A stretch of 45,480 nt of DNA from an uncultured Nitrososphaeraceae archaeon (GCA_963825865.1 CAWGVG010000055.1:1-45480); one strand, 5' to 3'; shown: positions 1 through 10,503, counted from the first letter of the stretch. Program-made: numbers and translations. Notes: generated by a model from the sequence alone, not told the origin.

Positions 1-52
1 GACCGTGTGACCCACTCACACGCTGTAAACAAATTATACAACTTAGACAGAG
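1..52. repeat. GTGAC-core dispersed site, copy 1 (core + B arm, cut by window edge)
   Basis: TCACACGCTGTAAACAAATTA at 16-36 is identical to 1799-1819. It is preceded by GTGTGACC and followed by CAGAGA. Confidence 0.85.
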
Positions 53-92
53 AAAGGTAAAATAATTACTCTAAAGGAAGACCTTTCTCTCT

Positions 93-1017
93 TTATTTCT
101 TTCCTTTATTCAAAAAAGAAGACATCATTTTTTGTCTGTCTTCATGTGCAAAGCATAATGCCCAACCATAAATCTCTAACCTTAATCCCGTATCAATGTC
201 TGTATCCATTCCTTTGTTGATTAACATTTTGCTGGTTTTAACAGCAGTAAAACTATTCTTTGTAATATCTTTTGCAAAGGCAAGGCATTCATCCATTAGC
301 TTTTTGTTTAGAATTTTAGCTAGTTTACATCTGCTATTTGTTTTTCTTCTTGTTGCTCTTCTTCTTTAGAAGAACCTGTAGTGGTTGTTGCTATGGCAGT
401 AGTGGCTGCTCCTGTTGTCTGCTAGCTACTTAATTCATCTTCAGGTGTCAAACTAACTAATTTATTAACAAGTCCAATTCTTTCTGCTTCTTATGCTGTA
501 ATCATTTTACCGGTATAGATAAGTTCTTTTGTTTTTGCAAGACCAACAATTCTCGATAGTCTTTGAGTCCCTCCCCATCCTGGTGGAATACCGATTGTAG
601 CCTCTGTCTGGCCTATCTTAGCATTGCTTGACGCTATCCTAATATCACATGCCAATGCAGCTCACAACCTCCTCCCAAAGCATATCCATTAATTGCAGCA
701 ATAACAGGTTTTTCTAAATTCTCTATCTTGTTAAGTAAGGTATGAATAAAAGTTGCATACCTTTCTGCTTCAATAGGATCAATATTTACTACGTATCTGA
801 TATCTCCTCCTGCACAAAAGGATCTTTCTCCAGTACCAGTTATAATTAGAACCTTTATTTTTTCATCTGCACCAACGATGTCAATTGCGGTAGATAATTC
901 TGACATAACTTCTTTATTCAGAGCATTCAGTACTTCAGGTCTGTTGATTTTTATAATAGCAATATCTTTGTCACTATTCAAATCTAGTAGTATGTATTTC
1001 ATCATTACTGCAGACAT
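93..1017 (-). pseudogene. Enoyl-CoA hydratase/crotonase family protein, interrupted, with a low-complexity insertion
   Basis: Motifs [31 protein letters not shown], then in another frame [13 protein letters not shown], and C-terminal HEDRQKMMSSFLNK. Frameshifts near 640 and 320, in-frame stops near 492 and 424. Confidence 0.9.
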
Positions 1018-1103
1018 AAAGAAGTTTAGGCAATGGCTTTGATTTAAATATCAATCAAAAAAAGTGTTAATTCAGTATAATAGAAGGTCATCATATCCAA
1101 GTT

Positions 1104-1690
1104 TCATGTTATTTTTATATCCTTGATATTAGCAAATTCAGTTTTAAAGCAATCTAAAGTCTCATTATCAAATATACAAAATTCTATGATGTCTATTGAA
1201 CATTTCTTATTATTATTATTGTATTGTTCAAGAAACCTTTCTGACTCTTCTACAAGTATCTTTGCACATTTATCCTTAGGAAATCCAAAAATGCCAGAAC
1301 TTATCGCTGGCATAGAGATATTTTTGAACCCCTTCTCTGCAGCTAATGCCAGAGTACTTTGAACAGCTCTAAGCGAGCTTATTGTCTTCGTCACCTTCAC
1401 CCATCCTTGGGCCAACTGTATGTATTACCGCCTTACATGGTAGTTTCCCAGCTTTAGTAATCACTGCTGAACCAACCGGGACAAAGCCTCCTGCTACTAT
1501 CCTGTCGCTTTCCTCTTGAATGATTGCTCCACCTTTTCTTACTATGGCAGCTGCCAACTCCTCCACCATGTTTTAGATAAGAATTTGCAGCATTTACTAT
1601 GACATCGACATCTCTTTCTGTGATATCTCCTTTAACAAGTCTAAGGATTTTATTGTTATCTAGCTTTGCCTCATATACTATTATTACGGC
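1104..1690 (-). CDS. Macro domain (ADP-ribose binding/O-acetyl-ADP-ribose deacetylase-like) protein, frameshifted
   Basis: [37 protein letters not shown] and [12 protein letters not shown] read across three frames. Start approximate. Confidence 0.9.
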
Positions 1691-1751
1691 GATATCACCA
1701 CAGACTCATCATAAATACACATTGTCTTCATTTTTCTCAATAAAATTTTAT

Positions 1752-1832
1752 CCTCTCTCTGGGTCGGAAATAATTCTAACGTGTGACTGTGTGACTGGTC
1801 ACACGCTGTAAACAAATTACACTACAGAGAGG
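1752..1832. repeat. GTGAC-core dispersed site, copy 2 (complete A arm + core + B arm, imperfect palindrome)
   Basis: CCTCTCTCTG..GAAATAATTCTAAC GTGTGACT GTGTGACT GGTCACAC GCTGTAAACAAATTA..CAGAGAGG. Confidence 0.85.
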
Positions 1833-1909
1833 CGCGCTAAAAAAATATAATCAATTAAAATTAATCCATCTGATCAACACACATAACTAGTGCTTGGATG
1901 CGCCTCATA

Positions 1910-2970
1910 TCACTCTATAACTGCTAAAGTCCAAGGATGTTGTGAAAGATACTCATTAGGCCATTGTAGACCTTCAAGCATTTTCCATGAAATACCTGAA
2001 TCAGTAGAGCAGAATATACCACGATTGTTGATGGCATAGAATTCTCCTGCAACCTTAGGATTTTCTGCAAGAAATGAGATGAGTGTTCCACGTCGTTCAG
2101 GAAGGCCCTTTGATACAACCTTCCACTCTTCATCATTATTGTTATCAGAATCCTGAGTAGATGCCGTTCTTCTATAAACCAGTGATTCCGCATCTTCAAC
2201 AGAATATGCTTTATACGGCCACGAGGATGCAGATACAACAACGGTTTTAGGATCTCCTGAATCAACAGCAAGACCAACTAGGTAATCGTAATCATCAAGT
2301 CCTGTCACTGATCTTTTCCAGGTCTGTCCATAATCATAGCTTTCAAAATATCCATCACCTGCGAGCAGAGTATAGCCATCCGGGCATCTTTTTGTGGGTA
2401 GCTAAAGTGTGAGTATCGTATGGTCCTCTCTCTACTTTGTCTATCCAAGTTTTACCTCCATCATGACTTTGGACTAGAGCTCCAGCCTCTATAGCAGCAT
2501 ACACATAACCAGGCTTAGTTTTATCTGATTCAATCCAGCGAACATGGGAAGTCCAAGGCCTCGGAGGAAAGCTCCACGATGAAGACGATTTTAAATTATT
2601 AATGGAGCTCATTTTCTGCCAAGATTCACCTCCATCATCAGAATCTATAGAAGGCAGTAGGTTCAGTTCCCACATATACGGTATTGAAGGCTTTGTATCC
2701 TCTTTCTAGATGGCTGACTGAAACTGACATTACATCTTTACTGGATATGATTTGGTTTCCAATATTGTCCCAACTTTTTCCACCATCATCTGTCTTCCAC
2801 AGTCCTCCACCAAATGTGCCACAGTATGCACGATTTGGATTATTAGAATCAAAAGATATGCATTGTGGATGAGTTCCTTTCAAAGATTCATTGGCCTTCT
2901 TCCATCCGGTCTTGGAAGACTCAAACGTTAGAACCGCGTCCTCCATCGCTATAAAGAGCATGGTAGTCAT
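1910..2970 (-). CDS. BNR/Asp-box repeat beta-propeller protein (sialidase/glycosyl hydrolase-like fold), split by two frameshifts
   Basis: Repeated Asp-boxes TDDGGKSW, SDDGGESW, SHDGGKTW and STDSGISW, plus WSFPPRPWTSHVRWI, in three consecutive ORFs. Confidence 0.9.
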
Positions 2971-3316
2971 TGGAGTATGTTAATGAAAGGACAGATTACC
3001 TATTAAATAAATCGAGAATTCCTTTTTGGTTTTGTCTTTTATGAAATGTATTTATCTCCTCAGTCAACTGGTCGTCATTTTGCATTATCATATATACTTT
3101 AGAACTATAGCTAGCTTCAAATATCTTCTTTAATCTTTGGAATAAAACTATGATTGGAAGGATAAGCTATCCACATTGAACCCTTTGTCTTCTAACTCTA
3201 ATTGTCTCTTTTACACATTTAAGGTTGTCATGATTGTTATTATGCTCCAGCTTGAAGCTAAATTGACATAGCTGACAATAAATGCACCTGGCTAGCTATA
3301 TCAGAGTGAAACATTT

Positions 3317-3547
3317 TTATCCAAACTTAATTGATGCTACTCCCCGATTACTGATAGTAAATGCTACTTTTTTCTGCTTCTTGGTCAATGTATTCTTTAA
3401 GACATGTACCACATACCTTGAATTGTTCTTGGTCGTTGGTACTGCTACTCCACACAACTCGCAGTTGTAAATGTTGTCATTCATCAGAGGAAGGAAATGA
3501 TGATGTTCTTCCACAGATGGATTTTTCCGTTCCATTACTGCTACCAT
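3317..3547 (-). CDS. Small hypothetical protein with CxxC
   Basis: 76-aa ORF with CELC only. Confidence 0.3.
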   Translation of the reverse strand: MVAVMERKNPSVEEHHHFLPLMNDNIYNCELCGVAVPTTKNNSRYVVHVLKNTLTKKQKKVAFTISNRGVASIKFG

Positions 3548-3660
3548 TATCTCTGTTCACCTTCCTTCCCTATCCAAAGATCCACATAAAAAAACTGGAT
3601 CTATTAAGTTCTAGTTCTTTGATATGAATATATGGATCACGCTAATATGATATCTTAGCG

Positions 3661-3704
3661 TGTCTCTGAAGTTCAAAATACTTTCAGCATGTGACTGTGA
3701 CCAT
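3661..3704 (+). repeat. GTGAC-core dispersed site, copy 3 (A arm + core)
   Basis: TGTCTCTGA-N5-AAAATACTTTCAGCATGTGACTGTGACCAT; 39/44 identical to 4255-4298. Confidence 0.9.
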
Positions 3705-4020
3705 CCATGTGACCTAGTGTAATTGTTAGCTGCTCTTCTAATGGCACTTGTTCTACAATCTGTACACGTTTCTTTAAATTTTGTTCAACTTCTTTATTTC
3801 CATAATGAGTTATCGAAATTATTCCTCCCAGAGCTCTGAATTCAAGCAGTCCTTCTCCCTTCAGATATTGAGCTATGGATATTGTTAGATTACGATCAAA
3901 TCCTAATTGATCTCCAATTTCCCACATACTAACAATTTTATTCTCATTCCGGTCACTAAGTTCATGTAATTTTCTTAAAAACTCAAAGCGTTTTTTCTCT
4001 AGTTCGTCTAATGAATCCAA
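3673..4020 (-). CDS. Hypothetical winged-helix-like protein; 3' end and stop codon lie inside repeat copy 3
   Basis: MWEIGDQLGFDRNLTISIAQYLKGEGLLEF...ISITHYG fits a wHTH pattern. The last residues GHSHMLKVF are encoded by the repeat. Confidence 0.65.
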   Translation of the reverse strand: MDSLDELEKKRFEFLRKLHELSDRNENKIVSMWEIGDQLGFDRNLTISIAQYLKGEGLLEFRALGGIISITHYGNKEVEQNLKKRVQIVEQVPLEEQLTITLGHMDGHSHMLKVF

Positions 4021-4254
4021 TTAAATACAAATCCTTGGCAATTCCATATAATTTAAGGTCTGTCATACAGTTTATTTCTTCATATAACATATAGAATATG
4101 CTTAAAAAGTGATCGATCATCTTCCCTTACATAAATCACTTTTTATGTAACCAAAAAAATCTATAATATTCCTCAGCAATTTCAGATGGTCAAAGCTTAG
4201 TTAAGGAGTGTTTGAATATAAAAGATAAGGGCTGAATCTAATATAGAAAATTCA

Positions 4255-4298
4255 TGTCTCTGAGGGGTAAAATACTTTCAGCTTGTGACTGTGACCAT
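4255..4298 (+). repeat. GTGAC-core dispersed site, copy 4 (A arm + core)
   Basis: TGTCTCTGA-N5-AAAATACTTTCAGCTTGTGACTGTGACCAT, 594 bp after copy 3. Confidence 0.9.
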
Positions 4299-4450
4299 GT
4301 GATAAGCGGTGCGTTGCGATAATGATATAATGAAACTAAATCCCATTCTCTCCAATGACGCTTACAAATTTGATTATAGTCCAAAATATCATCTTAGCTA
4401 TGAATCTCAAAGAGGTAGGAGTATGCAAACAGTAGGGAGGGCAGTTTGAC

Positions 4451-4639
4451 ATGAATATTGCATATACAGAAGTACCTTTGAAGATAATTGCAAAGACATG
4501 TGGTTATGAAGAGAAGAAAAAAGTAGCATATACATTTATTGATGAATACCATAATACTTCTCTTGACAAAAAGGACATCACAATTGCTGAATTGGAAGCA
4601 TGTAAAAGGTTGTTGAAATATCCTAAAATCTGTTTATAA
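4451..4639 (+). CDS. Small hypothetical protein, probably truncated
   Basis: 62-aa ORF with natural-looking composition and purine-rich upstream sequence. Confidence 0.45.
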   Translation: MNIAYTEVPLKIIAKTCGYEEKKKVAYTFIDEYHNTSLDKKDITIAELEACKRLLKYPKICL

Positions 4640-4991
4640 TCATAGATAAAAGCGTTAGCAAAGTACGTATTTTATGTTATTTCAGGAAATAACAAAGACG
4701 ACAAATCAGAAGTCCATTACGTCAACATAGGCGAATACGGCATAGATTATACCAACAAACAATAGCTTTTTTCCTTCTTTTTTGCTAAATGGGCCACTTT
4801 TCCTATTTGTTGAATTGAATTCGCTTGACTTTAACCATTTCCCTTAACAAACAACTTTTATCTCTTTTAATAAAGGATTTATACAACCTACAATCGATAA
4901 ACAATCTACAGTAAAAACATGCAATGGAAATAGAATATTCTATAAAAGACTATTTAGTCATGCTTCAGGTGCTATATGACGAAGGTCTCAA

Positions 4992-5288
4992 ATGCATGGC
5001 GGAATCATTATGAATAACAGAGTTTGTTCTTATTGTGGATCAAATACAGGCTATGACAACGACAAAGAAAGCAATGGTTATTGGTATTCTTTAGTAACAC
5101 GAGACAATAAGACATGTCTTTATTTTCTTTGCAGTAATTGTTATGCTAAGCAAACCGATAAGAATCCAGAATGGAATCCGATTATTAATACTAAATCGCA
5201 AAATAGAAAAGAGTTAGAACAGATGCAGCTAAAAAATGCTTTATCGCCAAGAGTAGTTGCTCCCTTGACTATTGAGATTTTGACATGA
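4992..5288 (+). CDS. Small putative zinc-finger protein
   Basis: CSYC ... WY ... CSNC paired CxxC motifs. Confidence 0.5.
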   Translation: MHGGIIMNNRVCSYCGSNTGYDNDKESNGYWYSLVTRDNKTCLYFLCSNCYAKQTDKNPEWNPIINTKSQNRKELEQMQLKNALSPRVVAPLTIEILT

Positions 5289-5866
5289 TTACCGCTTATT
5301 CATGGGCAGCAGGATTATTATTTCAATAATAGAATGACATTTTGTATTTGTTATGTATACCAATGATATGATAGCAGGGACTTTGTTCCAGAGAATGTTT
5401 TGGTAGAGGTTTCCAAGGATTTTCTGTTGCACGATTGTTTTCTTTGTATCTATATAGATATTGCGGAATCCAACAATGGTGTAAGCTAATTCTTCTATTT
5501 TTTGTTCCAAAGTCCTAAGTGTTGGTGACGGTTGTTGAGGTTTTCATTTACGTTAGTCATTAACAGTTTTATAAATTCTGCAATAAAAAGGAATGGACCT
5601 GCATTTTAGATTCCATTGTATACGTAATCGTTCAATCTTATGTGTTTGAATTTATTACCATTACGGCATTGAAAAAATGCTCTATATAGGTACTTGCAGG
5701 TGGATATATCTATATATCTAACTCTAGTATTGCATTTTGTAACTCTGTTATTGTGTTACCATGATAATAACCTCTGCTACCATTATCCCTTTTGACACAT
5801 CCTTACTTGAATGATGAATATTACTAAATTTACAAAAAATATGCTTTAAAAAGTAATTCATTGTCA

Positions 5867-6124
5867 GCTGTATACTCCCTTTGTTAGTATCATATATTAC
5901 AATAGAAATATTACTCAGGGTTTCAACCCCAACCTTAGTACTCCAAAGACCACTCTTATGGAGTATTCAGCAAAAGGAGGCAATAAATCTAAAGCCAAAG
6001 TTATAAGTATTACATCCTGGATGTGAGATCAGTAAACGCTGTTTGTAAGAGATTAAAGAAAGGAGAGGAGAAGAGTTGATAATGTAGCATATGAACAACA
6101 CAAGGTAGCGGCCTGGCTCTCCTT
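5867..6124. ncRNA. Candidate structured RNA/element-end region upstream of tnpB remnant
   Basis: GCTGTATACTCC (5867-5878) pairs with GGAGTATTCAGC (5960-5971). Inner TACTCCA/TGGAGTA stem; AAGGAGAG/CTCTCCTT stem (6060-6124) followed by a T run. Confidence 0.3.
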
Positions 6125-6145
6125 TTTTTCTTTCGAGTACAACAA

Positions 6146-6775
6146 TTGCAAAAAGATAACAGACGACAGCAAAACAAAACTATCTTTGATAGAATCAGAT
6201 TATTCGAATTATCAAACATACTTGCAATCTGGATGCAAAAATGCAGAAGAAATGAATCTATATTCAGTCATAAAGCAGCAAGCAAAATGTGTCTTTAAAC
6301 GAGTTAAAGAATAACCAAAACCAAAGAAACAGTATCCGCTAGTCTTAAGGCGTGACCTGTGGACATACAGAAAGATAGCAAATTTCGATATGTATACTGG
6401 ATGAAGGTTCCCGTTTATCCAAAATCGATTAATGTAAGAATACAAGCATCATGCAAATATGACCTGAGTAGCAAAGAATACTCCATAAGAGAAAGCAAGA
6501 TAGTGAAAATACAAAACGATTGGTATATCTATGCGACAATTGAGAAGCAAGAACAGCAAACTAACTTCTTAATCGATAATACCATTGCTGATAATGTCTT
6601 AGCAATTGACCTAGGTTGCAAGCATATCGCTGTAACAGTTAATACGGCAAACACAATGCCAAATTTCTATGGCGGTAGTTTAAGGCAGATGCGAGGTTTT
6701 CATTTGGCTAAGAAGGAAGTTAGGATAGAAGAAAGCAATCTACCAAGATAAGAATAGGTTATAAGAAACAAGTGG
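6146..6775 (+). pseudogene. tnpB: IS200/IS605-family TnpB-like (Cas12f-like) nuclease remnant, 3'-truncated
   Basis: NLYSVIKQQAK..*..KQYPLVLRRD, then WMKVPV, DWYIYATIE, RuvC-I VLAIDLG and a bridge-helix-like WLRRKLG. RuvC-II/III and Zn finger absent; stop and frameshifts present. Confidence 0.8.
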
Positions 6776-7097
6776 ATCTTTATCATTATGCATCTATTGC
6801 AGACTATATGTGAACAATATCTCCTGCTGACAAGCCCAAAAAGATTAACATCTTTATGACTCATCCAGACGGTAAACTTGTCCTTGGAGGTACAGCAGAA
6901 TTAGAAGTCAATAACTCTAAATTTTCGATCCGATCTATTTCTCAAGTAGGTATGTTTCCAGTTCTAGTCGAACGAACTGTTAAAGATAATAAATTAGAAG
7001 TAACAAGTGTACAACTCTCCGCAATCATACAGAATAGAAATCAACCCATTGAACTAGATTGAGAAATATCATTCTATTGTAAATAAAATTTCTTATA

Positions 7098-7142
7098 TGT
7101 ATCTGAGTGGCAGTCAAAATACTTTCAGCGTGTGACTGGTCA
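7098..7142 (+). repeat. GTGAC-core dispersed site, copy 5 (A arm + core)
   Basis: TGTATCTGA-N9-AAAATACTTTCAGCGTGTGACTGGTCA. Confidence 0.85.
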
Positions 7143-7235
7143 TAGCCTATGCCTTAATAAAAGAGACATCATATTTGAAGAATTGATGATGACGACGAGG
7201 AAAGCGAGAATGAACTGTAACTTACCTTCTATCTA

Positions 7236-7904
7236 TTGATTTTCAATAAGCACTTCTGGTTTGACTCGCGCAAGTATTCCAGCCGAAATGTCTACAAAGC
7301 AATTGGTATGGAAAAAGAAATAGAAGTAGGTGTATCATATTACAGATGTTACAAATTTATCAGATCTGTCATGGAGAGACTAATATCATCATCTTCTACG
7401 TTAGGTGGTGTTAAACTTAGGCTGCCTGGAAGACCACCACGACGTAGAGGATTGAAACCTTGGAGAGGAAGAGGTACCTATGAAAAGGAATATCCAATGA
7501 TAACATGTATACATCAGAGAGGAAGAATGACATACTTTGATGTTCGTATAAAACATTCTCTGATCAGTAATATTTGTAGATCAGTACATCGTCATTCCAA
7601 AGTATACACAGATGAGTATCTGGGTTACAGGAATTTGAAAGAATATGGATTTGTACATAAACAAGTTTGTCATTATCATGTAAAGAATATGCAAGAGGAG
7701 TTGTACACGTAAACAATTGTGAATGTAGAAGCAATCTTTACAAGATATGGATCAGAAAATTCATGGGTGTCAATAAACACAATCTGCAGTCATATACAAA
7801 GACCTTCCAGTTTATTCATAATATCAGAAAAGATGGTATAAGAGACAAGTTGTTCAAAGCTGTTCTTAATTGTCACTAGCTGAAACATTCACTGAATAAG
7901 AGCG
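7236..7904 (+). mobile_element. IS1595-family transposase remnant with right terminal repeat; left end missing
   Basis: SKVYTDEYLGY, HKQVCH, EYARGVVHVNNCECRSNL..RKFMGVNKHNL. The element ends AAGAGCG (7898-7904), the reverse complement of the CGCTCTT end of ISH4-group IS1595. Confidence 0.85.
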
Positions 7905-8280
7905 TATTAAATAACTAAGATAACACAAAGATCTACTTCTATATATCTAAATCTTATACTCAGATGCTACTTCATTGTGTAGTACGTTTCCATTACACAA
8001 TGATGATCTATTACGGGTTTCTATAGAAAAGCAAGAACAATCCCATGAAAAAATAATTGAAAATATCCTAAAGATTATCAGTGACCTTACAGCCCAAGAT
8101 ATCTCTTGAACTTACTTTTGTTCTTATATGAACTTTGAAAGCAGATAGCCTTCATACTCTTTCTTATATATGATAATGACAGTAATAACAAAAATTCAAA
8201 CTCCAAAGGCTCACTTGTCATCGCACAAACACATCATCGCTTGATCAAAGCTTCTTTTTTAACTAAAAATACATACATAT

Positions 8281-8748
8281 ATGTCAACTACTGCTAGTCA
8301 AAAGACAATGTTCTCCAAAATACTAATTGCAATAGATGGCTCTGATGCGTCAATGGATGCAGCAGATTATGCTGTATCTATATCTGAACAATATAATGCA
8401 GAACTTCTTTATGCTTTGCATGTTATACACCCAGCTGACGCTGATTTATTTGGATCAACTGGAGAAATGACAACAGCAGCTTACAATACAATAGACATGA
8501 ACAAAGAAGCTCAGAAATATTTGGATAAAGTTAAACTCAAAGCAAATCAAAAGAATATTCAGATAAAATCAGAAATTATTGCTTCTACAAATACAGCAGG
8601 AGGTATAGTAGATTATGCTGAGGATAAAGACGTTGATCTGATCATTATTGGAACAAGAGGAAAATCAGGTTTCAAGAAAATACTACTTGGAAGTGTTGCT
8701 TATAAAGTAGTAACTTATGCACATTGTCCTGTAATGGTAGTGAAATAG
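8281..8748 (+). CDS. Universal stress protein (UspA family)
   Basis: KILIAIDGSDAS ... DLIIIGTRGKSGFKKILLGSVAYKVVTYAHCPVMVV; intact ORF. Confidence 0.95.
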   Translation: MSTTASQKTMFSKILIAIDGSDASMDAADYAVSISEQYNAELLYALHVIHPADADLFGSTGEMTTAAYNTIDMNKEAQKYLDKVKLKANQKNIQIKSEIIASTNTAGGIVDYAEDKDVDLIIIGTRGKSGFKKILLGSVAYKVVTYAHCPVMVVK

Positions 8749-8834
8749 TTATTTTACTTCAAACAAACCTTTCAGATAACAAAATCAAAAAACAATAATT
8801 ACAATTTTTGGTTTTAGATTCATTCATTAGACAA

Positions 8835-9170
8835 TCGCGCGCGATAAAGCTTGTATTTTTTCTCTCTTTTCATCTGACTGCTGTGCAGCATTACATGCCT
8901 CTCTTAATATTGCTGTGAAGCCAACAAGACATTTCTCGTACTCTTCTGGCAGCCTTTCGTCTATGTACCTTCTGATATTGGACTTTGCTTGCTCGCCTTA
9001 GATAGGATAAGTCGCTATTAACAGTGCCACTTGACACCAGCAGGATCTGTGCAATCTCCCTCTGGCTATGTCCCTGGCTCGCTTAGCTCCTGGACTTTAT
9101 TCCTCCGCCAATCAATTCTACTGCTTTCTTTTTCCTGTTTTTGTTTGCGTTCAATTTGCAGGCTCAAATG
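8835..9170 (-). pseudogene. HTH protein remnant (possible terminase small subunit-like family)
   Basis: Manual translation across frameshifts: IDWRRNKVQELS / QGHSQREIAQILLVSSGTVNSDLSYLR / QAKSNIRRYIDERLPEEYEKCLVGFTAILREA. Not in the ORF track. Confidence 0.7.
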
Positions 9171-9644
9171 TTCAATTTCACCATGCTCATCTTGCGCTGG
9201 CGTTCAAGGTTGGAGTATATTACAAAATAAAATGAAACAAATAGAAAGTCAAAAATAATAAGAAAAAGAATTTTGCTAGTTAGCCATTCTTTTTTATCAG
9301 CTTGTGGAAATGCTCGCCATTCTTTGCAACTTCTTCATTCCATGATTACTCTTTATAACCATACTTCAATGTCTAAGGGACTGGTTAGTGATGACTTATC
9401 GACTTAGGATTCAAATACTAACTCAGTCAGATAATACTACCCCAATTAAATAGTTTCATTATGAAAATATTGCATGTTAAAGTAAAAACAAAAACAAGTT
9501 CACATGAACAACAACAATAAGTTAAGTTTGAAGACATTATAATGATATATCGTATAAGGATAGGTCTATCTGTATGCTGCTACTGCGGTTATAGAAACTT
9601 TTTAAACTGTCATCAACAAATCTTGTATATTATTGGGCCTAGCT

Positions 9645-9755
9645 ACATCCTCAGGCTTCACATTGAATTTATTGATCAGAATGACCGGCCCATGTTTTTT
9701 TCTTCCATTTGCTTGGAGAGTGTTATTTTTTCATCCATTTCAACGAGCTTTGCCA
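9645..9755 (-). pseudogene. N-terminal fragment resembling antibiotic biosynthesis monooxygenase family
   Basis: LAKLVEMDEKITLSKQMEEK / GPVILINKFNVKPEDV, then similarity is lost. Family recalled from memory. Confidence 0.5.
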
Positions 9756-10364
9756 AGACCTGACGTTGCAAAATATGACTTTTCCATATAATAAAGATGG
9801 TGGTGCCTGATGTAGATTGACACATAAGTGATACGAATTTACTCAAAACTGTCACAGAATGAATGCTGATTTAATTTTCAATGTGGCTAGCTTACGCTTT
9901 CGGCAGAAAAAGACAAGATGTAGCAACTATTAACAAACACCACACAGTTTCAAAACAAACAAACTACACCTTCAGATTTTATTTCCTAGACCTTTATTTT
10001 CTCCGATGTTATCTTTCATTTGATCCCTCTTTCTTAAAGAAGGACAATTTACAATATATAAAAATGTCCTGTAACTAGATGATTGCAAGTATGCTATTTA
10101 TTATAGAGTCCTGCGCTAGGCTCAATCTTTTTTGAATGGAAGTATAACAATTTCTGCTTTGTGGAGGTATGGAAATAATGAAGATATTTTCTTCATACCA
10201 GTAGAGTGTGCTCTCCTTTGTTCCATGAAGAATTGATCTATTTTAGTATATGAAAAATCAACTATGATCAATAGAATTGATTAGCATACAAGTCAAGATA
10301 TGTGAGTATGTGTTTTCAGACAAAGAACTAAGCTCAGAATGAAGTAAAAAATGATATTGAAATG

Positions 10365-10503
10365 ATTGAGTAGGCCAAATCAACCTTTCTAAAACCCACA
10401 AAGAATCAAAATCAGCATTTTCAGCCCCTTTTGCAAGATTAATTATATTTTCTTTTGTAGCACGCCGTTCATCTGTCTGTGGCAGCCTTAGTCCTACTTT
10501 CAT
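10365..10503 (-). pseudogene. LLM class F420-dependent oxidoreductase, N-terminal fragment
   Basis: MKVGLRLPQ...AKGAENADFDSLWVLERLIWP, then abrupt truncation. Confidence 0.8.

Noticed and set aside
1752-1832. Canonical integron attC site
   Set aside because: Contains CTAAC but lacks a matching GTTRRRY and L-box arrangement, and no IntI is in the window.
5920-5950. CRISPR array
   Set aside because: Only one repeat-like unit; no second copy, spacers or cas1/cas2 found.
7972-8003. 10-bp perfect inverted repeat TCATTGTGTA/TACACAATGA
   Set aside because: Single occurrence with no supporting context.
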